DNA from: Lytechinus pictus
Taxonomy: Eukaryota
Direction of reading: 5' to 3'
Assembly: GCF_037042905.1 (NCBI RefSeq)
Contig: NC_087263.1
Location: 9,488,001-9,552,000 of the forward strand
Length of the DNA: 64,000 bases
Position 1 is the stretch's first letter; the number at the start of each line of letters is the position of its first letter. Below, one piece after another: positions 25,601 to 34,700 of this stretch. Both the position numbers and the translations under genes were made by a program. The notes below the pieces were generated by a model that did no database searches, was not told the DNA's origin, and saw only the letters and a program-made list of their open reading frames with translations.

Positions 25601-28600
25601 AGCATAGATCAGGTATGAGATTCTCCTACATCAACATAAAAAGTAACTTCTGTTAGTTTTTGGAGATATGAATTCTATCATGAATTCTATAAAATGCTTG
25701 CAAGATGATCTTTGAAGATTTGCATGGTGGTACAGATAATAGCCTTGTTCAGACCCAGACTGTTTTGGTCAGAGGAAGAGTCGGAAGAAGGCGAGTTGGA
25801 GTAAAGTTGGAGGAAAGATCGGAGTAGTGCCCCTTTTAGACAGAGTTACTCTGATCTTCCTCCGAGTAACTCTTACAGACATATATTTTCAATCATCAAA
25901 ACTTTATTTGGAAGAAAACAATGTTTATCACTATATTTATTTATGTCAATTTTGATGGTTTATTTCCAATTTGTCTAATGGCAATTCGTCCAATTGCCAA
26001 CTTGTCTACTATCATTTGGTCTACCATCAGTTCGTCCAATATCCACATGGTCTACTTTCATTTAGTCTAATGCCATTCCATCTTATAACCAGTTGGTCAA
26101 ATAGCCATAGTCCATACACCATTTAGTCTAATTGGACTAAGTATTAAATTGTACAAAATGAATGAAAATGAAATGGATACTAGACCAACTGGTTATGAGA
26201 CGAAATGGTGATTAGACGATTAGATGATTGGACCAAATGGTTAATGGACTAAATAAATGTTGATGGATGGAATGGTATTAGACTAAATGAAAGTAGACCA
26301 TGTGGTGAGTTGACGAGTTGGTAGTAGACGAATTGGCACTTTACCAATTTTGTTATACATCTACATGTATATATTCTTTGTTATCACCTTCACACTCGCA
26401 TAGTTCAACAAACTGTGGTCTTCTTTCGAGCTCAACTCGTACGGGAACCTGGACTACCAGGCCTTCTTGAAGGAATATGGTGAATGGGAAGATGATGTGT
26501 TCCAGGAAGGGGATGAATTCTTGTCCCAGACCAAAGGAAGTAGACCTGGATCTATCATGAAAGGACCTGGAACTCCTCTAGTACCCATGACACCATTGAG
26601 CAGGATGGTAAGACGGTTTCTTCTTGTTCGGTGTCCTATTATTCAGAACACGCTAATTTGAGTTTTTACGAAGCAAAATACTCAGCCGGCAAACTTTGAA
26701 TATGTATTGAATTTGCATTGCTCTGCTTTAGCTTGTAGAGTCTTGTCAATTTCACTTTTATCTTTGGTTTTGGTCTTTTATTAGTATTTTCTCATGATAA
26801 CTGTATTACTGTTTAGATTTCTTGAAACTTAAAGATGTTGTTCCAATTTACTAAACTCTGTGTAAAAGCAGAATGTGATATTTTTCTTCCACTTTTATTC
26901 ACCCCAATCTCACAGTGTAAAGTTGTAGTAGATTGTTACTTAGCTCAATTATATTAAAAACTCTTTCACTTCTGTCGTTTTGTCCCCAGACCTTCACGCC
27001 TGCAGGTCGTAGGTCCATGACCCCGCTGGTCAACGCAGAGAACGCGGAACACAGGCTAAAGAGACAGATCCAGAAACACTGGCAGGAAGTCCATCGTCTC
27101 TGCAAGCTCCACGACCTCGACAACTCGGGCGAGGTGGAGGTTGATGCTTTCAGAGGTAGGGTTGACCACAATTATTACAGTCATTGGCACATATTCTGAA
27201 GTCGGGTTTAACTTAAACTCGGGTTTAAAGTTGTGGTTTAAGTATGGATAGCCAATTGGTACATAAATCACTAACAGTAGATATATCATAGTGCAGCTCA
27301 TTTGGCTCTCAAATCATTCATAATTGTCTAAGAAGTATAAATAGATAATTGTCTTCACCATCGATGAATCAGGAAAGAGCACAGTAAACATAAGAAAAAA
27401 TACAACTTAATAAAGTTTTTACCGTTTTGGCTTACCATAATTTTAGCAAAGAGTTAGACCGTGGTCTAAGTTAAACCTGACTTCAGAATACGGGCCATTG
27501 AGTGCATTTGTAAGAATAAGACACCAGGGACCCGTGGCATAAGAGTTACTATTATGGTAACTTTGCCATGCAATGGTAACTACCATGGTAACACTGATCA
27601 ACAGCCAATCAAAATCAAGGATTCCATGCAAGTTACCATTGGATGGCAAAGTTACCATAATGGTAACGTTTGTGGAACATGGCCCAGGTACCGTTAGAAC
27701 AGTTCTAAAATGCCTATTTCCTCTTGGACTGTTCAAAGCCTGAGAAAAATGATGGGAATTTTGTTTTATATAATAGTAATTTGGACCCTTGTTATTTGAT
27801 ACCTGTCCTCATCTCAAAACAATGACCGGTCATTATATTTTACTAATGACTGCTCACCACCAATCATAAGTGAAGTTATATCCTCGCATGCAACCAAACA
27901 TGTCATCAGGATCCGCTTCTTCATCTTATAAAGCAAATAATTACTCTCATTGTAGATGATGGGACAGACTGCTGCTTCCAGCAAATCAGGGGGCTTTTTA
28001 ATGAAGCTTTTCAGAAAGTTATACGTTACTTAACAAACAAGGGTTTTCAAAAAGATGTCATCTATCTTATAAAGCAAATAATTAGTCTCATTGAAGATGA
28101 TGGGATAGGCTACTGCTTCAAGCAGGATCAAGGGCTTGTTTCATGGTGCTAATGGGAAAGTTATGCTCAAACAAGAGTTTTCCCATAGATGCTATCTGTC
28201 AGTATGTTGCTATTGATATTAGTATAGATGTTGCAAAGTAAACTTTGAATATTTTGATGAAATAATAAACATGTTTTTCATCTTTTACTTTCCTATCTCA
28301 GAAATCTTGTCACAGTTTAATGTCTCGATGACCGTAGAGGATTTCAGCAAGCTGGTGACAAAGTTCGATCTCAAAGAAAATGGAAAGTAAGTATTCTTAC
28401 TTAGAAAAATCCAGGAAATGTAAAAATCTCCTTGATTTTATGAATTACCTGAAAATCATTTTAAAATATGTGAATCTCTTTTACATTTGAGTCCACTTGG
28501 GATGATGGTATTCTGATTGCAATGGTTTGGTTAACCCTGGGGTAACTTAGACCACAGTTTTATGGAGTGCCAGTTGTCAAACTATTTAGCAAGTAAAACA

Positions 28601-29800
28601 TTTTCTAATTCTGCAGCAAAAAGTTGGCTTAATAAAATGAATTGTGTCGTGAAATGAGAAGAATGGGAAGATATAATGAACTTAATTGTTGCATAAAAGT
28701 TACTTTGCCATCCAATGGTAACTTCCCTGAAATCCTTGATCTTGATTGGCTGTTAAGTGTTGTTACCATGGTAGTTACCATTGGCTGGCAAAGATACCAT
28801 AAAAGTAACTTTTATGCAACTGGGCCCTAAAAAGGACCACCCAAAATCGATGTTTCATCAAGAATGTTCTTGTCGTCCTTATGCAATGCTCCACATGTTA
28901 CATGTATATATCTGTTCTTTATGTTTTTCTTTTTATCAAACTTTTAATCAGGTTTTCATATCTGGAGTTCTTGAAACACTTCATGTTGAACCTGAAGAAG
29001 ATCAACGAGGAGCCTGAACATAGAACACTCTTAAGCAGAGAGAAGATACACCAGTCAAAGATTGTAGTAAGTTATTCATCCAAGTAAATCTTTCTCTTTG
29101 ATCCGGTTGTTGTTTTTTGTTATCATTTAAGAAATGTATCAAAACTTACCTATTCTAATTTCTGTATGGTTTCCATATAATGTCATAATTTTGTAGTGAT
29201 TTTTCTTAAGTTTTATACTCCTTATTCGTGTTTGTGTTATTCTTTCTTTCTTTAATGCCCTTTGTATCTGATGGAGGGGCGCTATATAAATGAAGTGTAT
29301 TATTATTATTATTTGAGTATTTATAGTCAGTGCATTTGTCACACATCATTTTGATGTTTTAAAGAGTAAATCATTGCTAGAGCTTCTTTTTTAATAATAT
29401 ATAATATATAAGCAAATGGAGTCTTGAGATGATAATATGATAAGCACTATACAAGTACAGAACATTATATTAGTTATACTCGATATGTAGCTTTTCACTT
29501 ACTTTAATTCGTTTTAATCTACAGATCAAACCCGAAAGTCGCATGTCCGGCGCCACCATGGAGGCCATGCTCCGAATCCGCGACACCATCGTCAACAACT
29601 GGAAGAAGATGCGACGCACGTTCCGCCTCCTCGACCCCACGGCGGACGGCGTCATCACGACGAACCAGTTCCGCGACACGCTGCGTCAGTTCAGCATCAA
29701 TCTGTCGGAGGAGGAGTTCTATCAGCTGACGACGTACTACGATAAATCCCTTCAGGGGAGAATTCCGTATAATGATTTCATTAGGGCGTTCCTGCAGTAA
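7445..29800 (+). CDS. EFCAB6: EF-hand calcium-binding domain-containing protein 6-like; 26 coding exons, about 1546 aa, about 13 EF-hand-pair modules
   Basis: Manual splice reconstruction: 7445-7604, 8194-8321, 8867-9093, 10394-10597, 11439-11557, 12356-12483, 13104-13252, 13609-13719, 14385-14505, 15644-15814, 16412-16644, 17584-17748, 18220-18391, 18769-19017, 19546-19781, 20467-20682, 21216-21374, 21659-21886, 22374-22569, 23702-23893, 25382-25612, 26404-26607, 26990-27155, 28302-28386, 28952-29066, 29525-29800. Total 4641 nt, one open frame, all GT-AG. EF loops include DYNRDGRIQKHE, DQNRDGKVTRKE, DKNGNGVIIKKE, DKSKTGRITITE. Size, repeated module and C-terminus (YNDFIRAFLQ*) fit the EFCAB6 family; the symbol is by recognition, not a database search. 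Confidence 0.85.
8194..8321 (+). CDS. EFCAB6: coding exon 2 (AASSSPNLSP...YTDLKQ)
   Basis: polyT-ctag acceptor, CAG|gttagt donor, open frame. Confidence 0.85.
8867..9093 (+). CDS. EFCAB6: coding exon 3 (ACQNYDIDQSLTITKGELRR...)
   Basis: tttcag acceptor, gtgagt donor, EF-hand pair. Confidence 0.9.
9273..9429. mobile_element. PIF/Harbinger-like palindromic MITE (family A)
   Basis: Near-perfect palindrome gggcccgtttcataaagg...cctttatgaaatgggccc with CTG on both sides. Confidence 0.8.
9654..9811. mobile_element. Harbinger-like MITE (family B)
   Basis: gggggcgttgcatgaaa...tgatgaaacactcccc inverted ends, ctg/cag flanks, central cagccaatca. Confidence 0.6.
10394..10597 (+). CDS. EFCAB6: coding exon 4 (YSYTKSPAD...FDYNRDGRIQKHELRK...)
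   Basis: tag acceptor, AG|gtgaga donor, canonical EF loop. Confidence 0.9.
11162..11326 (-). mobile_element. tRNA-derived SINE fragment
   Basis: Reverse strand reads tagctcagttggtagagcgtc...gggagtttaaacccc (A- and B-box-like) followed by a non-tRNA body. Confidence 0.7.
11439..11557 (+). CDS. EFCAB6: coding exon 5 (LWARYDFHHSGIVNYYDFL...)
   Basis: tttag acceptor, gtaaga donor, phases 2/1 consistent. Confidence 0.9.
12174..12330. mobile_element. Truncated MITE, same family as 27186-27496
   Basis: ggcccgcattctgaagtcgggtttaacttaaactc... nearly identical to 27186 onwards; ends about 25 bp before the exon 6 acceptor. Confidence 0.7.
12356..12483 (+). CDS. EFCAB6: coding exon 6 (AQSWNQRQ...EAEFRNR)
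   Basis: tttag acceptor, gtaatt donor, phases consistent. Confidence 0.85.
12513..12900. repeat. Degenerate (GAT/GGT)n microsatellite
   Basis: Direct reading; source of poly-M/D/I/H ORFs. Confidence 0.95.
13104..13252 (+). CDS. EFCAB6: coding exon 7 (MKDNYVNIKKAFMAFDKRQDGFITLDD...)
   Basis: tacag acceptor, gtaata donor, EF loop. Confidence 0.9.
13609..13719 (+). CDS. EFCAB6: coding exon 8 (IGFKASHKIPWEHFLEKF...)
   Basis: ttcag acceptor, gttagt donor. Confidence 0.9.
13915..14390 (+). repeat. ~75-bp degenerate tandem repeat, about 6 units, last unit holds the exon 9 acceptor
   Basis: Recurrent tttaaacctttgtgcaaa-ttctgttgtaaa...tgtgaatagggtcaa. Confidence 0.75.
14385..14505 (+). CDS. EFCAB6: coding exon 9 (VNPIREG...EAFLAFDQ)
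   Basis: aatag acceptor, CAG|gtgagt donor. Confidence 0.88.
14659..14930 (-). mobile_element. tRNA-derived SINE, near full length
   Basis: Reverse: tggcccagtggattagtc...gggttcgaatcccagcc head, gctgcactcaacccaggtgaggtaaat core, (tta)n tail. Confidence 0.85.
15040..15590. repeat. Degenerate (CCATTA)-like simple repeat with an internal ~280-bp duplication
   Basis: ccattacccattact motifs; 15050-15175 recurs at 15330-15450. Confidence 0.85.
15644..15814 (+). CDS. EFCAB6: coding exon 10 (NRDGKVTRKELRK...FEVRETE)
   Basis: cgtag acceptor, gtaagc donor; completes the EF loop begun in exon 9. Confidence 0.9.
16412..16644 (+). CDS. EFCAB6: coding exon 11 (EGHKWLNSEHRWN...)
   Basis: tttag acceptor, gtaagt donor. 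Confidence 0.9.
16716..17118. mobile_element. hAT-like MITE
   Basis: agagctgccaacc...ggttggcaggtct ends; flanking direct repeat gcttatgt (6-bp cttatg if the outer T/G belong to the element). Confidence 0.75.
17210..17480 (+). mobile_element. tRNA-derived SINE, same family as 14659-14930
   Basis: gcccagtggattagtctccagactttgaaacagagggtcgtgggttcgaatcccagcc head, same core and tail. Confidence 0.85.
17584..17748 (+). CDS. EFCAB6: coding exon 12 (MWLRCEETEGKIMFGDFL...)
   Basis: tccag acceptor, gttaga donor. Confidence 0.9.
18220..18391 (+). CDS. EFCAB6: coding exon 13 (LHQIQVNALNR...KKEFRQ)
   Basis: tctag acceptor, gttagt donor. Confidence 0.9.
18769..19017 (+). CDS. EFCAB6: coding exon 14 (VIQSFGMYMDDDQF...RQAFG)
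   Basis: ttcag acceptor, gtgagt donor. Confidence 0.9.
19546..19781 (+). CDS. EFCAB6: coding exon 15 (DLRSTFYKLDDDHDG...KWLDSDH)
   Basis: ttcag acceptor, gtgagt donor. Confidence 0.9.
19836..19994. mobile_element. Harbinger-like MITE (family A)
   Basis: gggcccgttgcataaaagt...actttaggcaacaggccc, CTG TSD, right flank ctggtcttt. Confidence 0.8.
20467..20682 (+). CDS. EFCAB6: coding exon 16 (WNTTIDPAQL...IDKNGNGVIIKKE...)
   Basis: cacag acceptor, gtgagt donor, canonical EF loop. Confidence 0.9.
20993..21104. mobile_element. MITE family C (copies also at 31943-32078 and 45516-45654)
   Basis: Shared gggagcatttcatgaaa...taagctactgaaatccttgcatctgattggct...cagtgaaaat in three places. Confidence 0.65.
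21216..21374 (+). CDS. EFCAB6: coding exon 17 (YDPNGKGYIDHQHFLK...)
   Basis: AAG acceptor (tcatcaag), gtgagt donor, phases 2/2. Confidence 0.85.
21659..21886 (+). CDS. EFCAB6: coding exon 18 (INITINQ...LDKSKTGRITITE...)
   Basis: cctag acceptor, gtgaga donor. Confidence 0.9.
21890..22180. repeat. (GAT/GGT)n microsatellite
   Basis: Begins immediately after the exon 18 donor. Confidence 0.95.
22374..22569 (+). CDS. EFCAB6: coding exon 19 (IRLPTNKSTLNYEEFLK...STLQA)
   Basis: gtcag acceptor, gtaagt donor. Confidence 0.9.
22864..23210. mobile_element. Decayed MITE with a nested miniature of the 2591-4864 hAT family (about 23018-23160)
   Basis: gaagcgggggtgctgc-tgtattattttccataggcagcacccc and cagcacccccactaaaaaag match both ends of the 2.27-kb element; outer cagtgaaaactg...caggtttgact-like ends. 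Confidence 0.5.
23248..23590 (-). mobile_element. L2/CR1-group LINE extreme 3' fragment
   Basis: Reverse translation LLQTPRTKHKWGDHAFSV...WNQLPIQLRQISSTEAFKSQLKTYL, then 3' UTR and (tta)n tail. Confidence 0.75.
23702..23893 (+). CDS. EFCAB6: coding exon 20 (AFGAFDKDKRGRLSPGDFRR...)
   Basis: ttcag acceptor, gtgagt donor. Confidence 0.9.
25382..25612 (+). CDS. EFCAB6: coding exon 21 (LAQNWIES...RLSIDQ)
   Basis: ttcag acceptor, gtatga donor. Confidence 0.9.
25965..26345. repeat. Small foldback element built from ~15-bp subrepeats
   Basis: Left half (ttggtcta/cgtccaa) units mirror right half (tagaccaa/ttggac) units; ccacatggtctactttcatttagtctaat is inverted at about 26276-26305. Confidence 0.7.
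26404..26607 (+). CDS. EFCAB6: coding exon 22 (FNKLWSSFELNSYGNLDY...PLSRM)
   Basis: catag acceptor, gtaaga donor. Confidence 0.88.
26990..27155 (+). CDS. EFCAB6: coding exon 23 (TFTPAGRRSMTP...DLDNSGEVEVDAFR)
   Basis: cccag acceptor, gtaggg donor. Confidence 0.88.
27186..27496. mobile_element. MITE with ~25-bp TIRs and 3-bp ATT flanks (Harbinger-like)
   Basis: att|ggcacatattctgaagtcgggtttaactta ... taagttaaacctgacttcagaatacgggcc|att. Confidence 0.75.
27528..27684. mobile_element. Harbinger-like MITE (family A)
   Basis: Same body as 19836-19994; CAG on both sides (acacCAG...CAGgt). Confidence 0.75.
27915..28200. repeat. ~145-bp diverged tandem duplication in intron 23
   Basis: atcttataaagcaaataatta-tctcattg-agatgatggga at about 27923 and 28065. 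Confidence 0.75.
28302..28386 (+). CDS. EFCAB6: coding exon 24 (EILSQFNVSM...FDLKENG)
   Basis: ctcag acceptor, gtaagt donor, phases 1/2. Confidence 0.88.
28688..28827. mobile_element. Harbinger-like MITE (family A), left end eroded
   Basis: gttgcataaaagttactttgccatccaatggtaact...aaaagtaacttttatgcaactgggccc. Confidence 0.75.
28952..29066 (+). CDS. EFCAB6: coding exon 25 (FSYLEFLKHF...QSKIV)
   Basis: atcag acceptor, gtaagt donor. Confidence 0.88.
29525..29800 (+). CDS. EFCAB6: last coding exon 26 (IKPESRMSG...YNDFIRAFLQ*)
   Basis: tacag acceptor, EF-hand pair, TAA at 29798-29800. Confidence 0.9.
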   Translation: MKPESRMSGATMEAMLRIRDTIVNNWKKMRRTFRLLDPTADGVITTNQFRDTLRQFSINLSEEEFYQLTTYYDKSLQGRIPYNDFIRAFLQ

Positions 29801-30790
29801 ACTATAGCTATAGACTGACATGAAGTTTGAACGCTCTCCTGAGGAATTTCTTGCATGAGATGTAGGAAACAAATCTTAAGAGAGAACAGTTTGCACCCCT
29901 TAAGAGATTTCATGGGTAGGAATAGACGTATGTTCTCTGAACTTTCTTGAGGTTCATACAGAAATGTAAGATAGCAAGGAAAGATGATCCTTTCTTGTGA
30001 GCTGCCATCGTGTGTGTACATGCCCAAGGAAAGAGGGAGGTTCAAGAGGTAGTAGACCCAAAAGTGAGAACTTGCCTTCGAAGGGAACCAATATAATTTT
30101 TCAAAACTAAGAAGTATTATCATAGGTACTTTTCACAAAGCTCATTGATCGATTGTAGGGCTGATCTTTGCGCTTGATTGCATTAATCACTATGTGCAAT
30201 CAAGCATACTAATCAACAAAACAATCAATTGCTTTTGGTTTGTGAAAGGTGCACCTGGTTACCAGAAACATTGAGCCTTAATTGGAAAGGAACTCACTAG
30301 ATTTTTCAAGCACAAACCCAAGAATGGCAGAAAATCTTCCAAATGGCTTTGTAAATATTGATCTTCAAGCCAGCCTCCTCTTCATCTTCAAAATTCTTGC
30401 TTTTTGTAGTAATTTACTAATAAAGGCTTGAAATTAATGGAGCTTTGGCAAATGTTTTATTTGATAAATGTGTCATATTTTCAGAATTTCTTTCCTTCAA
30501 GAAGAATTTTTTTATATCATCAGTGGACTTTCTTATGACTTTGACCGGTAACACAAAACCCTTTAAGAGCAATTATTGTACATTATTTTTCATGATTGAT
30601 TACATTAAGCACAAAGTACAATCAATCATTAAAACCTGAGTATAATCGATTGCGAAGTGTTGTGAAATTTTGGGGCCCCCCGATTATTCGTTTTGAAGTA
30701 TTAAAGCAGTACTTCTGCTTTTGATTGTAGTATTATCATCTTCAACTTAGTCAGATACTGTATATATTCAATCAATTAGATTTAATACCA

Positions 30791-30923
30791 AGGCCTCTTA
30801 TCATAAATCTTAGCAATTGATTGCAGGGGATGAATTCTATGATTGATCATGCACAACACTCAATGCAATCAATCGTAGAAATCATCTCTACGATCGATCG
30901 CTAAGCTTTATGTTACGGGGCCC
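30791..30923. mobile_element. Palindromic MITE family D (decayed relatives near 19098-19225, 30125-30255, 30545-30680)
   Basis: cataaatcttagcaattgattgcag...ctacgatcgatcgctaagctttatg inverted arms, ggggccc end. Confidence 0.55.
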
Positions 30924-31527
30924 TGGGATTTGTATAAGTCATTGAGATGGTAATGGTGTTGTGCTGCACTGAAACAGACAATCATATATCTGCATAGCTC
31001 CATCTATTGACCAAGAAAGGCCAGTCAATGTCACCTAATACTGATGTAGACAGAACATTCGATATTTCTTAAAGGAAGATGATAAATGTAGAAACTGTTA
31101 TTATGCATACATTCCTATATGTTATATATATAAATAGTCCCGAAGATGTACTTTGTGTTATTATACAGATGAAATGAAAGATCAATTTTTTTCTACTGAA
31201 CTTGTATGAACGACAAAGCTATTATTTGGTTATTATGTTTTCTCTGTATATTATCCACCATTTGTGGGCATTTCCAGCTTCTATCATAGCGCACAAACAA
31301 CAATGAGGCTGACATATTACTTGAAAGAAGTGCTTTACAAACAAATGTTAGGGTGGCCGATAGCCAAGGATGAGAGCGCCGTCTCTGGGCTAGCGACCTC
31401 TACTATGAACCATGCTAAGAATTTATGGACAATATGAATATATTTATTTTATCATTATTGTGTAAAGAATGTACAGCTAAATGTTTAAATTGCCTTGTAA
31501 ATATGCTTAAATGGTATTCCTTATAAT

Positions 31528-31799
31528 GGGCCCCGTCTTAAAAAGAGTTGCGATTGATCTGATCAACCTCAACTACGGAAAGCCAGCAACGCCCACATCT
31601 AAAATGCATGTTTGTGCAAACTATTTTCAAGAAATGATGTATATTGCATGAAATCATTGTTTTCTTAACAATTTCGTGTGTTCGTCTTTGTGTACAAAGA
31701 ACACTGCAAATTTCCTGCAGAAAAAAATATGACACTGATGGATTTCCATAGAGTTACGATTGATCGGATCAATCGTAACCTCTTTGTAAGACGGGTCCC
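31528..31799. mobile_element. MITE with ~50-bp TIRs
   Basis: gggccccgtcttaaaaagagttgcgattgatctgatcaa ... ttgatcggatcaatcgtaacctctttgtaagacgggtccc. Confidence 0.75.
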
Positions 31800-34700
31800 A
31801 AGCCTTTATCTGGTACATGTACCTGAATAAGTGTGCTTGTTATGATTGGCTGATATTCAGCAAGCGAGGGCACCATAATCCTTTGTAGGAAAAATAAAAT
31901 GTGTGTGGGTTGAAGGTTAGAATAAATCGTTTTGGTGGTATAGGGAGCATTTCATGAAACGAATTGTGGGTTATTTTCAATGACTATTTGTTCTAAGCTA
32001 CTGAAATCCTTGCATCTGATTGGCTCAGAGCAAATTTGTTAGTAAAAAGCACTGACGATGCTTTATGAAACACTCACCTTGTTTTAAGTCAAGGTATACA
32101 CAGCGCAGATAAACAGTGATGATCAAATGAATAGGTGAAAAAGGTTTGCTTGACATACGTACATGTATTAATTACGTTATTAATGAATGTTTACAAAGTT
32201 TTAATAGACAACTGTTCCTAATCAGCATTATTCTTTAACGATCAATTTTTTACTCAATTAATTGCACTCCTGTTAGTTTACTTTATTCAAGTGAAATTTG
32301 AATTTACTTCACAGTGGCACCTCATACTGATACACGGGATGTTTTCATCTCAGGATAGCTTTTGAGCTGCTGAAAGTGATTGTTCAAGGTTCAAGGTTGA
32401 CTGTATATCTAAAGGTAGACTTTAGTAAATGTTAGAGGTTTATGAACAAATTTTTGCCAATATGTTCAAAGCAAATGTTAGAGGGTGCCTTTAAAATTTG
32501 CATTTTAGACGTCTCTTGCTTCCTAATGCAAAGCTGCAAAGCCTGCTTGTCACATAAAATGCATATGAATTTGAGTGAGATTGTAAACTTATACAAACAA
32601 GTTAATGAACAAATACATGTATATTTGCCAATATTTCACATACCAAAGATAGCATAGCATGCTTCTTTTTTCACTTAGCACTTAGGGAATTTGCAGAATC
32701 CTAATTTTGTGCATTTATTTATATATTTGTATCAATTTGAAGTTTATATCCACTAATTTAAGTGATATTCCCGACATTGTCAAAATTCATGGAATGTTAC
32801 GTAATGTGGCATATATTTCACAATGAGCTCTGTATATACATGTATTTCTGTTGCATGGCAGCAGAGATTACTATATATCTAGTTATTTTACAAGTGGATG
32901 CGATCGACACAATATCGGTAGTGCCTTGTTACTTTCATATTAAAAAAAGTAAATACACATGATGTTATTTCTTTAATAGCATTAAAGTCCCACTTGATAT
33001 TAGTGAATAAGTGCATCAATCAAAGATTTTGCTTTTGAAAATATGATATTGATTTATATTCAGTGTGCTTTCATCATAAACCATTCCGTCCAAATCAATG
33101 TGATAATTTCAAGTGTTCTTTAAAAGTATTATGTTTACATACCACCGAAACATCGTGCCTATAAATATTATCTCCAATAGATGATGCCTTGTTTGTTTGT
33201 TTATTTATATTGAGGATTTTAAATAGTTTTATTAAGTAATATTTTACATTTCAACTTCCTGATGATTGCTGCTTCAACATATACATTTTATTCCGTCCAT
33301 TGTGTAAATATTTGCTCAATGTCATTCATGCAATATTATCAAATTGTCACAAGCACCTTGTATTTGATATTTAATTAAATTTATATGAAGAAATATTGCA
33401 TTTGAGAACTAGTCTCAACACATTATTTTTAAACTTTCACAATTATATTTGACAGAAAATTATTAATTTAACATTCTTATAATTATTTGTCATAGTATGA
33501 ATGATCACCATTTGTACATGTACAGTTTATCGCCAGGCGTGCTTCAGTTGCTTTTGATTAAATGCTATTGAACAAAGATGTCTAATTACAGTATTACTCA
33601 TCTAATTCTTTTATATGAAAATTAATCATCTGTATATTACTCTCTTTGGACTGATATTTTATGCCTTTGACTGTAAATGTACATGTATGACATTCAATTT
33701 TTTTTAAGGTTAACTGCCTTGATTTTAGTGAAAATTGTGACAAATTTCTTCATGCTGTGAAATAAATAGGTCTACAATGTATATTAGATTTAAAATCTTC
33801 TAGTTTCTAAATAAACTTTCTAAGTGCTCTGTTTGGTGTCATACTGGGTCAATGCACTTTTAAACTTTCTTTAATTTCCATAGCAATACATATACATTGG
33901 CTCTTGTAGGTAATGCTCTTTCCTATTTATTTTCTTTAGATTTTCTCCATCTGTTAGTGATTAAAGCTAGAATATTCCTTGAAATTATCAGATTTATATT
34001 TATGTAGTTTATGCTCTATTTGCATATATGTATATATTGTAATATGTCACTAACTTCTTTAAAAAGAGAAACAATAATGATAATAATATAGTAATGATAA
34101 TAATAATAGTAATAATAATAATGATATTAATAATAATAATAATTTTAAGATATTATATTCATATTAGGCAATAATAGCGCCATCTATCTAGAAATAATCT
34201 ATTCAGAGGTGGACTAATAATATTATCCCAGCTTTAGACAGAAATCCAATCTGTTCTTAGATCCAGCAAGAAATATAATTTTCTTGGAATAGTCTTCATT
34301 CCTTTCACCATGACATTGATTGATTATTGATTGATTTTCTTTTTCATTACAGAAAGAAACTGATTAATCAATGAAATCATAAATTGAATATGTTTTTTTT
34401 ATCCTTTAATTTTTTATTTCCATGATGGGTGATAGTTACTTTGAAAATATAGTTTCCTCTGAAATCATAAATTCAGTGGTGGTTTTGTTAATCTTTAATT
34501 CTCTATTTCCATTATGAGTGATATTAACTTGAATTACAATGGAATGCTTGTCAATATCTTTGAGTATTTGCTGTCATGTTATTCGCTTAACAAATTGAAT
34601 CAATTCTCTGTATATGTATGCGCTGTAAATAAAAAGAATCTTAACTCTAATTCCTTAGTGTTTGAGGTTGTTATCAATATGTTTCAGAGAAATGCAATGT

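Noticed and set aside
29801..33800. PolyA site of the EFCAB6-like gene
   Set aside because: Several AATAAA (about 30419, 31893, 31921, 33761) in AT-rich DNA; cannot choose without transcript data
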